DNA from: Gemmatimonadales bacterium
GTDB taxonomy: Bacteria; Gemmatimonadota; Gemmatimonadetes; Gemmatimonadales; GWC2-71-9
Assembly: GCA_035763805.1 (NCBI GenBank)
Contig: DASUAL010000109.1
Coordinates: 2,191 to 66,190, forward strand
Reading direction: 5' to 3'
DNA length: 64,000 nucleotides
Of this stretch, positions 11,899-20,991 are shown piece by piece. Within the stretch, counting starts at the first letter, position 1. Each line of letters opens with the position of its first letter. The notes under the pieces are model-generated. The model saw only the letters and a list, made by a program, of their open reading frames with translations, was not told the DNA's origin and did no database searches. The translations under genes were made by a program, and so were the position numbers.

Positions 11899-13067
11899 AT
11901 GTCGCCTGCGTGACGCACGCCTATCCCCGGTGGGACGGCGACGTGGCGGGCGTGTTCATCGAGCGGCTGGTGCTCGGGCTCGCCAGCCGCGGGCACGGCG
12001 TGCACGTCGTCGCCCCGGCGGACCAGGGCAGGGGAGGAAAGGAGCTGCGGCACCGGGTGCCCGTCACGCGGGTGCGCTACGCGCCGGCGCGCTGGGAGAC
12101 GCTCGCGTACAGCGGGACGATGGCAGCCGCCGTGCGCTCGCCCCGAGGCCTCTTCGCCGCCGCCTCGCTCGTCCTGCGCCAGACGAGTGCGGTCGCCCGG
12201 GTAGGCCGGGGGGGGACCATCGACGTCGTGCACGCGCACTGGTGGGTGCCGGGGGGCATCAGCGCCTGGCTCGCGCGCCGCCCGTACGTCGTCACCCTCC
12301 ACGGCACGGACGTGGCGCTCCTCGAGCATTCCCGCGCCGCGCGGATCCTCGCCGGCCGCGTGCTGCGCGGGGCCGCAGCCGTTACCGCGGTGTCGTCGTA
12401 TCTGGCCGGGTCGGCGGCGCGGGCGACGGCGCTCGAGCCGGGGCGGATCGTGGTCCAGCCGATGCCCGTGGACACGCGGGCCTTCACTCGCACGAGCAAG
12501 GGGGGAGGCGGCGTGGTGACGGTGGGGCGGCTCACCAGGCAAAAGCGCATCGACCTCCTGCTCGACGCCATGGCGGAGTTGAAGCGCCGGGGACGCGCCT
12601 TGCCGCTGACCGTCGTCGGCGACGGAGAGGAGCGGCATGCCCTCGAGCGCCGCGCCGTGGAGCTCGGCATCGCGGCACACACGCGCTTCATCGGCGCCGT
12701 CGCTCCCGACCAGATTCCGGACGCCGTGGACGACGCCGACGTGTTTGCGTTCCCGGCGGTGGGTGAGGGGCTCGGCCTCGCCGCCGCGGAAGCGCTGATG
12801 CTCGGCGTTCCCGTGGTCGCAGCTCTCGATGGCGGGGGCGTCACGGACATCGTCCCACCGAGCGGAGCCGGCCGGCTCGTTTCACCCGGAGATTCCTGGG
12901 CGCTCGCCCACGCGATCGACGACCTCGCCCGCGACCCCGAGAGTCGGCGCCTCGCCGCGGAACTGGGCGCCGAGCTGCGGCGCCGGCTCGAGCCCTCCGC
13001 AGTCGCGGAGCGGTTCGAGGCGATCTACGGGCAGGCGCTCGACCGCGCGCGGTCCCGCAATGCGTAG
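11895..13067 (+). CDS. GT4 (GT-B fold) glycosyltransferase
   Basis: N-terminus (L)NVACVTHAYPRWDGDVAGVF; C-terminal FPAVGEGLGLAAAEALMLGVPVV (EX7E-type). The start is uncertain: TTG 11895 overlaps the upstream TGA. Confidence 0.75.
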   Translation: MNVACVTHAYPRWDGDVAGVFIERLVLGLASRGHGVHVVAPADQGRGGKELRHRVPVTRVRYAPARWETLAYSGTMAAAVRSPRGLFAAASLVLRQTSAVARVGRGGTIDVVHAHWWVPGGISAWLARRPYVVTLHGTDVALLEHSRAARILAGRVLRGAAAVTAVSSYLAGSAARATALEPGRIVVQPMPVDTRAFTRTSKGGGGVVTVGRLTRQKRIDLLLDAMAELKRRGRALPLTVVGDGEERHALERRAVELGIAAHTRFIGAVAPDQIPDAVDDADVFAFPAVGEGLGLAAAEALMLGVPVVAALDGGGVTDIVPPSGAGRLVSPGDSWALAHAIDDLARDPESRRLAAELGAELRRRLEPSAVAERFEAIYGQALDRARSRNA

Positions 13068-13971
13068 ATGGCTGTGGGGCGTGCAGATCGCCGTCGCGGG
13101 CGTGGTCGCGGTCTTGGTCTGGCGCGCCATCGCCCGCAACTGGGACGAGCTCCGCTCGCTGCAAGTGGCGCTCGCGCTCAGGCCCGGGTGGATCGTCCTC
13201 TCGACCCTGACGGTGTTCGCCACGTATGCGGTGCAGATCGAGTCGTGGCGCCGAATCCTCGCCGGGTGGGGCCAGCATCTCTCGTACAGCCGCGCCGCTC
13301 GCATCTGGCTGCTCGTGAACCTCGGCCGCTACGTGCCCGGAAAGGTATGGAGCGTGGCGGGACTCATCGTCCTGGCCCAGCGGGCAGGGGTCGACGCTTG
13401 GGCGGCGGCTGCCTCGGCGTTCGCGGTCCAGGCCGTAGGCCTCGGGACGGCCGTCGCCGTCGTGGCCGCAGCGACCCCGGCGGCTGAGTCGCCGCTCCGC
13501 CTGACGGCCGCGGCGAGCATCGCCGTAACGACTATCGCGTTCCTCGCCTGGGAGCGCGGCGCGCGCTGGCTCGCCGGCCTGGCCGGCAGGGGCGAAGGCT
13601 TCAAGCCGCTCCCCCTCACGGCGGTCGCCGAGAGCGCCGCGCTCACGCTGGCCAGCTGGATGACGTACGGCCTCGCGTTCTGGCTGCTGGCCCGAGGGCT
13701 GGGGCTGCCGGGCTCGATGCCGCTGCCTACCGCCGCGGGGGTGTTCGCGCTGGGCTACATTTTGGGCCTGCTCGCCCTGTTCGTTCCCGGAGGCGTGGGC
13801 GTGCGGGAAATCGTGTTCATCGGGCTCCTCGCGCCGGCGCTCGGAAGCGGCGGCGCGGTGGCTCTGAGTGTCGCCTCCCGCGTGCTCCTGACGCTGTGCG
13901 AAGCCGCCGCGCCTCTCGGCGTGCTGCTGATCACCGGACGAACCAAGGAGGATATGGGTGTACGAACCTAG
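13060..13971 (+). CDS. UPF0104 / lysyl-PG-synthase-TM-like (flippase-like) polytopic membrane protein
   Basis: ATG 13060 (MRRWLWGVQIAVAGVV). GRYVPGKVW motif. Multiple TM segments. Confidence 0.7.
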   Translation: MRRWLWGVQIAVAGVVAVLVWRAIARNWDELRSLQVALALRPGWIVLSTLTVFATYAVQIESWRRILAGWGQHLSYSRAARIWLLVNLGRYVPGKVWSVAGLIVLAQRAGVDAWAAAASAFAVQAVGLGTAVAVVAAATPAAESPLRLTAAASIAVTTIAFLAWERGARWLAGLAGRGEGFKPLPLTAVAESAALTLASWMTYGLAFWLLARGLGLPGSMPLPTAAGVFALGYILGLLALFVPGGVGVREIVFIGLLAPALGSGGAVALSVASRVLLTLCEAAAPLGVLLITGRTKEDMGVRT

Positions 13972-16276
13972 GCGGCCGACCCTCGCCGCCGCGGGACTCA
14001 TGGCCCTGTGGGTGGCAGTCCTCGCGCCTCCGATGCTCGAGGGGAAGTGGCTCGCAGGACCGTGGAGCGACCAGTACGCGGCAGGCTTCGCCTTCCGCCA
14101 GTGGGGCGCCGAGTGGTGGACGCGGCTCGGGCACGTGCCACTCTGGAACCCGGAGATGTTCGGCGGGCTGCCGTTCGTCGCGGCGGGGCACGGCGACATC
14201 TTCTACCCGACGTCCTTCCTGCGCCTCGTGCTGCCGGTCGCCACGGTGGTGAACCTCGGCTTCGTCGTGCACTATATCCTAGCCGGGCTGTTCACCTACT
14301 GGCTGCTGCGGCGGCTGAGCGTGTCTTGGACGGGCGCCGTGATCGGCGGGCTCGCTTACGAGCTGTCCGGGCTGCTCGCCTCCTACCCATCTCCGGGACA
14401 CGACGGAAAGCTGTTCGCATCGACTGCGCTACCGCTCGCCTTCCTCGCCCTCGTGCTGGCGCTGCGAGACAAGCGGCCGGAAGGATACGGATTGCTGGCG
14501 ATCGCGATCGCGCTCGGCTTGCTCGGGCACTTCCAGATCGCCTATTACCTGCTGATCGCCATCGGCCTGTTCGCACTCTATCTGACGCTGGAAGAGAACA
14601 CCTCGGATGCGCCCGCGCGACGGTTCGGGCGCTTAGGGATCGCGCTCGCCGCCGCGCTCCTCGCGTTCGGCCTCGCGGCAATCCAAGTGCTGCCGTTTTT
14701 TTCATACATCCCGTTTTCGCCGCGCGCCGCGGGATATTACGGGTTCGCGGGCTCGACGTCGTACGCGATTCCGTGGAGCCACGTTCCTGAGTTCTTCCTC
14801 AAGAACTTCGTCGGGTCGCGTGAGACGTACTGGGGCTCGAATCCGCTGAAACTGCACTCCGAGTACCTGGGGCTCCCCGTAGTGGCGCTCGCCGTGCTCG
14901 GCGCCGCCGTCAAAGAGCGGCGCAGGCTCGTGGTGTGGGTCGGCGGCATAGGCCTCCTGTTCCTGCTCATCAGCCTCGGGGCGAGCACCCCGTTTTACAA
15001 GCTGTGGTGGACGGTCATGCCGCTCGTAAGCAAGACCCGCGCCCCGGGGATGGCATTCTTCATCGTCGCATTCGTCGTCGCGCTGTTGGCCGGGCTGGGC
15101 GCGCAGCGCCTGGAGCGCAAGGAAGGAGGGAAGGGCGTCGTCCCCTGGCTGATCCTCGCCGGCGTGGTCGCGCTGCTCGCGGTGAGCGGAGTGTTCGGGG
15201 CGATCGCCGAGGCGCTCGCTGGGGCGCGCGCGCCGGCGGCGCGCGACAACGCCTCCGCCATCATGTGGGGGTCGTTCGGGAGTGCGCTGGCGCTGGGGTT
15301 GACGAGCGCGCTCGCGTGGGCCACCCTGCGCGACCGCCTGACGCCGCGCCTGTTCGCGCTCGCGCTGGCGCTCGTCATCGGCGGCGACCTGTGGCTGAAC
15401 GCCACCCGCTTCTGGACGTATTCGCCCAATCCGACGAGCGACATCTTCCGTCCCGACCAGCTCACGGACCGGATCCGCGCGACCCCGTTGCCGTATCGCG
15501 TACTGGACCTCGGGGTGTACCCGTCCGACGGGGTCACGCTCATGGCCTTCGACATCCCACAGGTCCTGGGCCATCACGGCAACGAGCTGCGGTATTACGA
15601 CGAACTGCTGGGCGGCAAGAACGAGTGGAACAACCTCCGCTTCGTCCACCTGTGGGACCTGCTCGCCGTGCGCTATGCGCTCACGCCGTCGGGCGCGCGC
15701 AACGCCGACAGCATCCCGGGCTACCGGCGCGTGCTGGACTCCGTGCCCACCTCGGCGGGTGGGCGGGCAAACCTGTTCGAGCGCATTGACGTGCAGCCCT
15801 ACGCCCGCGTGGTGCCGGGCGGGTTCAAGGCTCCCGATTCCAGCGTCGTGATTCCGACGCTGCTCGACCCGCGCATCGACTACAGCCGCGTGGTGCTGTT
15901 CACCCCTGACCAGCCGGTCACGCCGATTCCCATCCGCGAGATGCCACCGCCGAGTCCCTCGCGGGCCCGCGTGACAACGTGGGTGCCGGGGCGCATGACC
16001 ATCGCGCTCGACCCCGCGCCGCCGCAGCCGAGCTACGTCCTGGTTTCGGAAAACTGGTACCCCGACTGGCACGCTACCGTCGACGGAGCGCCGGCATCCG
16101 TGCTGCGCGGCGACTACACCCTCATCACGGTACCGGTGTCTGCAGGGGCGAAGCGGGTCGAGCTCTCATTCCGTTCCCGCGACTACGAAACCGGCCGAGC
16201 GATCTCGCTCGGTTCACTCGTGCTTGTGACAGGCGTAGTGGTGGGCTCGCTCGTGAGGCGCAGGCGGAATGCGTGA
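13958..16276 (+). CDS. YfhO-family GT-C-type polytopic membrane glycosyltransferase
   Basis: 772 aa with many TM segments in the N-terminal two thirds and a C-terminal soluble domain. N-terminal region (WNPEMFGGLPFVAAGHGDIFYP) resembles the YfhO family. Confidence 0.65.
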   Translation: MYEPRRPTLAAAGLMALWVAVLAPPMLEGKWLAGPWSDQYAAGFAFRQWGAEWWTRLGHVPLWNPEMFGGLPFVAAGHGDIFYPTSFLRLVLPVATVVNLGFVVHYILAGLFTYWLLRRLSVSWTGAVIGGLAYELSGLLASYPSPGHDGKLFASTALPLAFLALVLALRDKRPEGYGLLAIAIALGLLGHFQIAYYLLIAIGLFALYLTLEENTSDAPARRFGRLGIALAAALLAFGLAAIQVLPFFSYIPFSPRAAGYYGFAGSTSYAIPWSHVPEFFLKNFVGSRETYWGSNPLKLHSEYLGLPVVALAVLGAAVKERRRLVVWVGGIGLLFLLISLGASTPFYKLWWTVMPLVSKTRAPGMAFFIVAFVVALLAGLGAQRLERKEGGKGVVPWLILAGVVALLAVSGVFGAIAEALAGARAPAARDNASAIMWGSFGSALALGLTSALAWATLRDRLTPRLFALALALVIGGDLWLNATRFWTYSPNPTSDIFRPDQLTDRIRATPLPYRVLDLGVYPSDGVTLMAFDIPQVLGHHGNELRYYDELLGGKNEWNNLRFVHLWDLLAVRYALTPSGARNADSIPGYRRVLDSVPTSAGGRANLFERIDVQPYARVVPGGFKAPDSSVVIPTLLDPRIDYSRVVLFTPDQPVTPIPIREMPPPSPSRARVTTWVPGRMTIALDPAPPQPSYVLVSENWYPDWHATVDGAPASVLRGDYTLITVPVSAGAKRVELSFRSRDYETGRAISLGSLVLVTGVVVGSLVRRRRNA

Positions 16277-16991
16277 GCGCGCGCTCGTCATCGTGCCGAC
16301 GTATAACGAGGCGGTAAACCTCCCGACCCTCGTGCCCCAAATCCTCGCTCAGGATCCCCGGCTCGAGATTCTCGTGGTGGACGACAACTCCCCGGACGGC
16401 ACCGGCAAGGTCGCCGAGGCGATGGCGCAGCAGGAGCCCCGGCTGGAAGTGCTCCATCGGGAGGGGAAGCTCGGCCTGGGCACTGCCTACATTGCCGGGT
16501 TCCGGTGGGCTCTGGAGCGGGAATACGACTACGTCTTCGAGATGGACGCCGACTTCTCGCACGATCCGGCGCACTTGAAGGAGTTTCTCAAGGCCATCGA
16601 GGCCGCGGACCTCGTGCTCGGGTCGCGCTACCTGGGGGGTAAAGTCACCGTCGTCAACTGGCCGATGCCCCGTCTCATGCTGTCCTACTGTGCTAACGTT
16701 TATGCCCGGTGGCTGACGGGCCTGCGTGTCTGGGACCTGACAGGGGGGTTCAAGTGCTTTCGCAAGCGGGTGCTCGAAGCGATTGACCTGTCGCAAGTGC
16801 GCTCCAACGGCTACGCTTTCCAGATCGAAATGAGTGTACGGGCATGGCGCAAAGGATTCACCCTGAAGGAAATCCCCATCGTGTTCGTCGACCGGACCGA
16901 GGGACTCAGCAAGATGAACGGGGCCATCGTGCGCGAAGCAGTGTGGATGGTGCCGCGCCTCAGGCTGATGGCGTGGTTCGGCCGCATCTAG
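16269..16991 (+). CDS. Polyprenol-phosphate mannose synthase-type GT2 (Ppm1/DPM1-like, soluble)
   Basis: VIVPTYNEAVNL, VVDDNSPDGT and EMDADFSHDP motifs. No TM helices. Confidence 0.8.
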   Translation: MRERALVIVPTYNEAVNLPTLVPQILAQDPRLEILVVDDNSPDGTGKVAEAMAQQEPRLEVLHREGKLGLGTAYIAGFRWALEREYDYVFEMDADFSHDPAHLKEFLKAIEAADLVLGSRYLGGKVTVVNWPMPRLMLSYCANVYARWLTGLRVWDLTGGFKCFRKRVLEAIDLSQVRSNGYAFQIEMSVRAWRKGFTLKEIPIVFVDRTEGLSKMNGAIVREAVWMVPRLRLMAWFGRI

Positions 16992-16996
16992 CCGGA

Positions 16997-17812
16997 CTGC
17001 CGATCTACAAGATGACGGGGTCGGGGAACGACTTCGTCATGGTGGACGGCCGATACACCTCGCCCGTGGACTGGTCCGAGGCCGACATTCGAGCGCTCTG
17101 CGCCCGCGGCACCGGGGTTGGCGCGGACGGGCTCGTGTTCGTCGGCCCCGGCTCGGCGCCGAACGCCGTTCGAATGATCTACTTCAACTCGGACGGGTCC
17201 CGCGCGCCGATGTGCGGCAACGCAGCCCTGTGCAGCACGCGGCTGGCCGGCCGGTTGGGGCTGGCCAGCCCCCAAGGCATGAGTCTCGAGACCGACGCCG
17301 GCATCTACACCAGCCGCTGCACGGGCCCGGGCGAGCGCGCCGAGATCCAGCTTGGTCCGGTCCGCGCGCCGACGCCGGTCGCCGGCCTTGCCACTACGGA
17401 CGGCGAGCAGCGCGCGGTCCTCGGTACGGTCGGCGTGCCGCACCTCGTGGTCCTCGTGGACGACGTGAGCCGGCTGGACCTCGGGCGCCGCGGCAAGACG
17501 CTGCGGTTCGATCCCGCTCTCGGGCCGCCCGGGGCCAACGTCAACTTCATCTCGCCAGGGGGGTCCGCGTCCGAGTGGCGGATGCGGACCTACGAACGGG
17601 GGGTTGAGGCGGAGACCCTGGCATGCGGAACGGGGGCCGTCGCCGCAGCCTGTGCGCTCGCCGAATGGGGCCTGGGCAAGCTTCCCATGACGATCTGGAC
17701 CCAGAGCGGCTGCCGGCTGGACGTGAGCGCCCGGCATCGCTCTGATGCGACGTACGAGGACGTCTGGCTAGCGGGGGAGGCCCGCGGTGTGATCCGGGGT
17801 GTGATCAACTGA
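16997..17812 (+). CDS. dapF: Diaminopimelate epimerase
   Basis: KMTGSGNDFVMVD motif and both catalytic Cys motifs (MCGNAALC; LACGTGAVA). The start is uncertain: CTG 16997 or ATG 17012. Track start 16844 overlaps the upstream gene. Confidence 0.85.
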   Translation: MPIYKMTGSGNDFVMVDGRYTSPVDWSEADIRALCARGTGVGADGLVFVGPGSAPNAVRMIYFNSDGSRAPMCGNAALCSTRLAGRLGLASPQGMSLETDAGIYTSRCTGPGERAEIQLGPVRAPTPVAGLATTDGEQRAVLGTVGVPHLVVLVDDVSRLDLGRRGKTLRFDPALGPPGANVNFISPGGSASEWRMRTYERGVEAETLACGTGAVAAACALAEWGLGKLPMTIWTQSGCRLDVSARHRSDATYEDVWLAGEARGVIRGVIN

Positions 17813-17841
17813 TTCGGTTGTCCACATGTACACGAGGATTA

Positions 17842-17869
17842 ACTTAACATAACATATCTTATACGAAGT
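17842..17869 (-). other. dif: Candidate XerC/XerD dif site (chromosome dimer resolution)
   Basis: The reverse strand reads ACTTCGTATAA-GATATG-TTATGTTAAGT, an 11-6-11 layout. The right arm is 10/11 identical to the E. coli XerD arm TTATGTTAAAT. Both arms are 9/11 identical to B. subtilis dif. It lies in an AT-rich spacer at the point where coding-strand polarity flips. Reference dif sequences are recalled from memory. Confidence 0.65.
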
Positions 17870-17885
17870 CCGGCAGCGTGACACC

Positions 17886-18563
17886 TCACCACGTCCCAGT
17901 CCCCTTCGTCAGCTCACCGATCCGCACCTTCGCCTCCACCACGCTGCCTCCCGAGTCTCGCTGCGCCGTAATCGCGCGATAGGCGTCGAGCGCCTTTACC
18001 GTGTCGCCCGCCGCGAGCCACGCCCGCCCTGCGTCGGACAGGAACTGTGCCCGCAGAAAGGGAAACTGGGCCCCATCGGCCGCGCTCTGGTAGGCTTCGG
18101 CGGCGTCCTTTGGGCGCGCCATGTTCTCGTAGGCGGCTCCCAGCAACGCGTAGGCTTGGGCGCGGTAGGCCTTCCCCGCGTCGGGGGCGAACTTGGTCAG
18201 GACCTGGACCGCGAGCTGATTCTGTCCCTGCCCGAGGCGCACCTGGGCAAGGAGAATAGTCCCCTGCTGGGCGGCGCGCGTACCCGAGTAGTTTTCCACG
18301 AGCTGTGCCAGCTCGCTCGCTGCCAAAGGATAATTCTTGGACTCAACCGCAAGGCGCGCTTGATCGAGCCGGGCGCTCGCCGTGCGTTCGGCCGTCCTCG
18401 TGGACAACAGGTTCCACAGGAATAGCGCCGCCCCGATGACGCCGAAGATCACGATGTAGCTCGCCGCCTGCCTGTGGCCCTTGACCCACTGGGCGAACCA
18501 CGCCACCGGGCCTGGGTCGCGAGCAGCAGCACGCGCCGCCGCTGTCGTTACCAAAGTTGCCAT
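17886..18563 (-). CDS. YfgM-like membrane-anchored TPR protein
   Basis: The track start 18656 overlaps the tRNA. ATG 18563 gives MATLVTT... with a single TM (YIVIFGVIGAALFLWNLL) followed by a TPR-like helical domain, the same architecture as E. coli YfgM. Confidence 0.65.
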   Translation of the reverse strand: MATLVTTAAARAAARDPGPVAWFAQWVKGHRQAASYIVIFGVIGAALFLWNLLSTRTAERTASARLDQARLAVESKNYPLAASELAQLVENYSGTRAAQQGTILLAQVRLGQGQNQLAVQVLTKFAPDAGKAYRAQAYALLGAAYENMARPKDAAEAYQSAADGAQFPFLRAQFLSDAGRAWLAAGDTVKALDAYRAITAQRDSGGSVVEAKVRIGELTKGTGTW

Positions 18564-18625
18564 GCCGTTCGTTGCCTCGTTTCGCCGTCCAGACGTGTGC
18601 CGGCTCCGTGCTCTCAGCCCCCAAG

Positions 18626-18699
18626 TGCCCCTGGGGTGACTCGAACACCCGGCCAACGGTTTAGGAAACCGCTGCTCTATCCACCTGAGCTACAGGGGC
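18626..18699 (-). tRNA. tRNA-Arg (anticodon CCT)
   Basis: Hand-folded cloverleaf: acceptor GCCCCTG/CAGGGGC, D stem GCTC/GAGC, anticodon stem GCGGT/ACCGT with loop TTCCTAA, T arm GGGTG-TTCGAGT-CACCC, discriminator A. 74 nt; CCA is not encoded. Confidence 0.9.
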
Positions 18700-18721
18700 T
18701 AAGCGCCGGAATCTAGTGGGG

Positions 18722-19273
18722 TTACGTGTAGTGCAGCAAGGCCTCAACGCGCTCCGTGGCAAGTCTTACGCGACCGTTCAGGAAGTCCAGCTCGATCAGG
18801 AACGTGAACCCGACCACGTCGGCCCCATGCGTGCGCACCAGCTTCCCCGCAGCTTCGGCCGTCCCCCCCGTGGCTAGGACGTCGTCCACAATAAGCACTC
18901 GGTCCTGCGCCCCTACAGCGTCCGAGTGCATCTCGAGCGCGTCGGTGCCGTACTCGAGGGCGTACTCGACCCGTCCCCGCCCCGACGGGAGCTTCCCAGG
19001 TTTCCGAATCGGAACGAGCCCGGCATCGAGCGCCAGTGCGATCGGGGCACCCAGCAGGAAACCGCGCGATTCGATCGACACGACCCGCGAGACCTGGGCA
19101 CTGCGGAACGGCTGCTCCATCAACGCCACCGCTCGCCGGAACGTGGTTGGGTCGAGCAGCAGCGGCGTGATGTCCTTGAACAGAATGCCGGGCTTCGGGA
19201 AGTCGGGGACGTCCCGGATGCGTTGGTAGATGTCCGCGATCGAGACTGTCTGGCTCAGATGTCGCTCCCGCAA
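18722..19273 (-). CDS. apt: Adenine phosphoribosyltransferase
   Basis: IRDVPDFPKPGILFKDITPLL and PRPP motif VLIVDDVLATGGTA. Confidence 0.92.
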   Translation of the reverse strand: MRERHLSQTVSIADIYQRIRDVPDFPKPGILFKDITPLLLDPTTFRRAVALMEQPFRSAQVSRVVSIESRGFLLGAPIALALDAGLVPIRKPGKLPSGRGRVEYALEYGTDALEMHSDAVGAQDRVLIVDDVLATGGTAEAAGKLVRTHGADVVGFTFLIELDFLNGRVRLATERVEALLHYT

Positions 19274-19579
19274 CTAGTTGATTTCGAAACGCCTCGGCAG
19301 GACGAGGTCATGTGGAACATCGAGCTTTTCCACACGATCCACCTGCGCCATCGCCGGCCCCCGCGAAAGCGACTGCTCGAGGTGTTGCAGCGCGTTCTCG
19401 GGACCTTCAGCAATCACTTCAACCGATCCGTCAGAAAGGTTCTTCGCGCTGCCGCGGAGCCGCAGCCGCTCCGCCTCGCGCCACACGAACCACCTGAACC
19501 CCACACCCTGTACGATGCCCCGGACGACCCACCGGCGAACGGTCACGAAGCGCGTCGGGTGGTGGGGTCGGTGAGCCAA
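19274..19579 (-). CDS. acyP: Acylphosphatase
   Basis: VRGIVQGVGFRWFV and GSAKNLSDGSVEV motifs. The true start may lie a few codons inside the ORF. Confidence 0.85.
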   Translation of the reverse strand: MAHRPHHPTRFVTVRRWVVRGIVQGVGFRWFVWREAERLRLRGSAKNLSDGSVEVIAEGPENALQHLEQSLSRGPAMAQVDRVEKLDVPHDLVLPRRFEIN

Positions 19580-19591
19580 CCCGCGAAGTCC

Positions 19592-20245
19592 TCAAGCATC
19601 GAACCCGTGCTCTCCGACCAGGGGTACGAACCGGGCCCCGCCGAGCGGGGTCTGCCTGAGACCGCCCTCGGCCCGTTCGACGAGCGTCAGAGTCTGCGCA
19701 CCGCGAGCGCCCAGCGGGATCAGCAAACGGCCACGGGGCGCGAGCTGCTCGATGAGCGGTGGTGGAATCTCGGGGCCCCCGGCCGCCACGAGGATCGCCT
19801 CGTATGGCGCGTAGGCGCTCCACCCCAGCGTGCCGTCGCCGAGCAGTACGGATACGTTTGCCGCCCCGGCGTCGCGCAACGCTCGCTGGGCCGCCAGCGC
19901 GAGGCTCTCCACGCGCTCGACGCTGAACACAGTGGACGCAAGCGCCCCGAGCAGCGCCGTCTGGTACCCGGAACCCGTGCCGATCTCGAGCACGCGCTCC
20001 CTGCCCCTCAGCCGCAGCGCCTCGAGATAGCGCGCCTGAGTGAACGGCTGGGAGATCGTTTGGCCGTTCCCGATCGGCAGGGCTGCGTCCTCGTAGGCGC
20101 GGTGGCGTAGCGCCTCGGGCACGAACAAATGCCGGGGGGTTTCGGCGAACGCCTTGAGCACCGCAAGGTCCCGGATTCCCTTGGCGTGCAGAGCCTCGAC
20201 GAGCCGTACCCGGTACCCGGCGTACGTGTCGCCGACCCCGCTCAG
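19592..20245 (-). CDS. pcm: Protein-L-isoaspartate O-methyltransferase
   Basis: TISQPFTQARYLEAL and SAM motif VLEIGTGSGYQTALL. The track ORF runs into surE. The start is uncertain; I placed it at CTG 20245, next to the surE stop. Confidence 0.85.
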   Translation of the reverse strand: MSGVGDTYAGYRVRLVEALHAKGIRDLAVLKAFAETPRHLFVPEALRHRAYEDAALPIGNGQTISQPFTQARYLEALRLRGRERVLEIGTGSGYQTALLGALASTVFSVERVESLALAAQRALRDAGAANVSVLLGDGTLGWSAYAPYEAILVAAGGPEIPPPLIEQLAPRGRLLIPLGARGAQTLTLVERAEGGLRQTPLGGARFVPLVGEHGFDA

Positions 20246-20991
20246 TCTCCCGGAACCCACTTCCGCACCACTTCGAGCAGCCTGTAGTTCGTCATATCCA
20301 TGTGCAACGGCGTCACCGAGATGTAGCCGTCGCTCGTGGCCCGGAAGTCGGAGTCTGCGTCCCCCGTCCACGTGATGCGGCCGCCGCCGATCCAGTAGAT
20401 CTCCTTCCCCCAAGGGTCCTTCATCAGCGCGATCTCCTCGCTGAACACCCGGCTGCCGAGGTGCGTCACCTTCACGCCCTTCACCTGGTCGCCCGGGATC
20501 GCGGGCAGGTTGATGTTGAGGAGTGTCTCCTTGGGGAAATCCCGCACTCCGATGATGCTCTTGAGCAGTGACCGCAGCCCGTCTACGTGCGTCGGCAGCA
20601 GGTCGAGATCCGAGCCCGCGTACGAGATGGCGATACTCGGGATCCCGGCGACGAGCCCTTCCATCGCCGCGGCGACGGTACCCGAGTAGAAGACATCCTC
20701 GCCCATGTTCTGGCCGTGATTGATCCCCGAGATGACGAACTCAGGCTTGGTGGGCATGAGCATGCCGATCGCCAGGAGTACGCAGTCGGTGGGCGTCCCG
20801 TCCACCTGGAATGCGCCGTCGGGGCGGCGGGTGGCATGCAGCGGCCGGTGCAGCGTGAGTGAGTGCGACGTACCACTCTGCTCGCGGTCCGGTGCCACCA
20901 CGGTCACCTGACCGAGAGACGCGCACACTTCCCCCAAGACCGCGAGACCACGGGCCAAGATCCCGTCGTCGTTCGAGATCAGTATGTTCAT
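20242..20991 (-). CDS. surE: 5'/3'-nucleotidase SurE
   Basis: MNILISNDDGI N-terminus; conserved surE-pcm pairing. Confidence 0.92.
   Translation of the reverse strand: MNILISNDDGILARGLAVLGEVCASLGQVTVVAPDREQSGTSHSLTLHRPLHATRRPDGAFQVDGTPTDCVLLAIGMLMPTKPEFVISGINHGQNMGEDVFYSGTVAAAMEGLVAGIPSIAISYAGSDLDLLPTHVDGLRSLLKSIIGVRDFPKETLLNINLPAIPGDQVKGVKVTHLGSRVFSEEIALMKDPWGKEIYWIGGGRITWTGDADSDFRATSDGYISVTPLHMDMTNYRLLEVVRKWVPGD

Noticed and set aside
17842-17869. Resemblance to a loxP arm (ACTTCGTATA is identical to 10 nt of the loxP inverted repeat), raising the idea of an engineered lox scar
   Set aside because: Only one arm resembles loxP. The other arm and the 11-6-11 spacing fit XerC/D dif far better, and the site sits at a natural strand-polarity switch. 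The resemblance probably reflects general similarity among tyrosine-recombinase sites.
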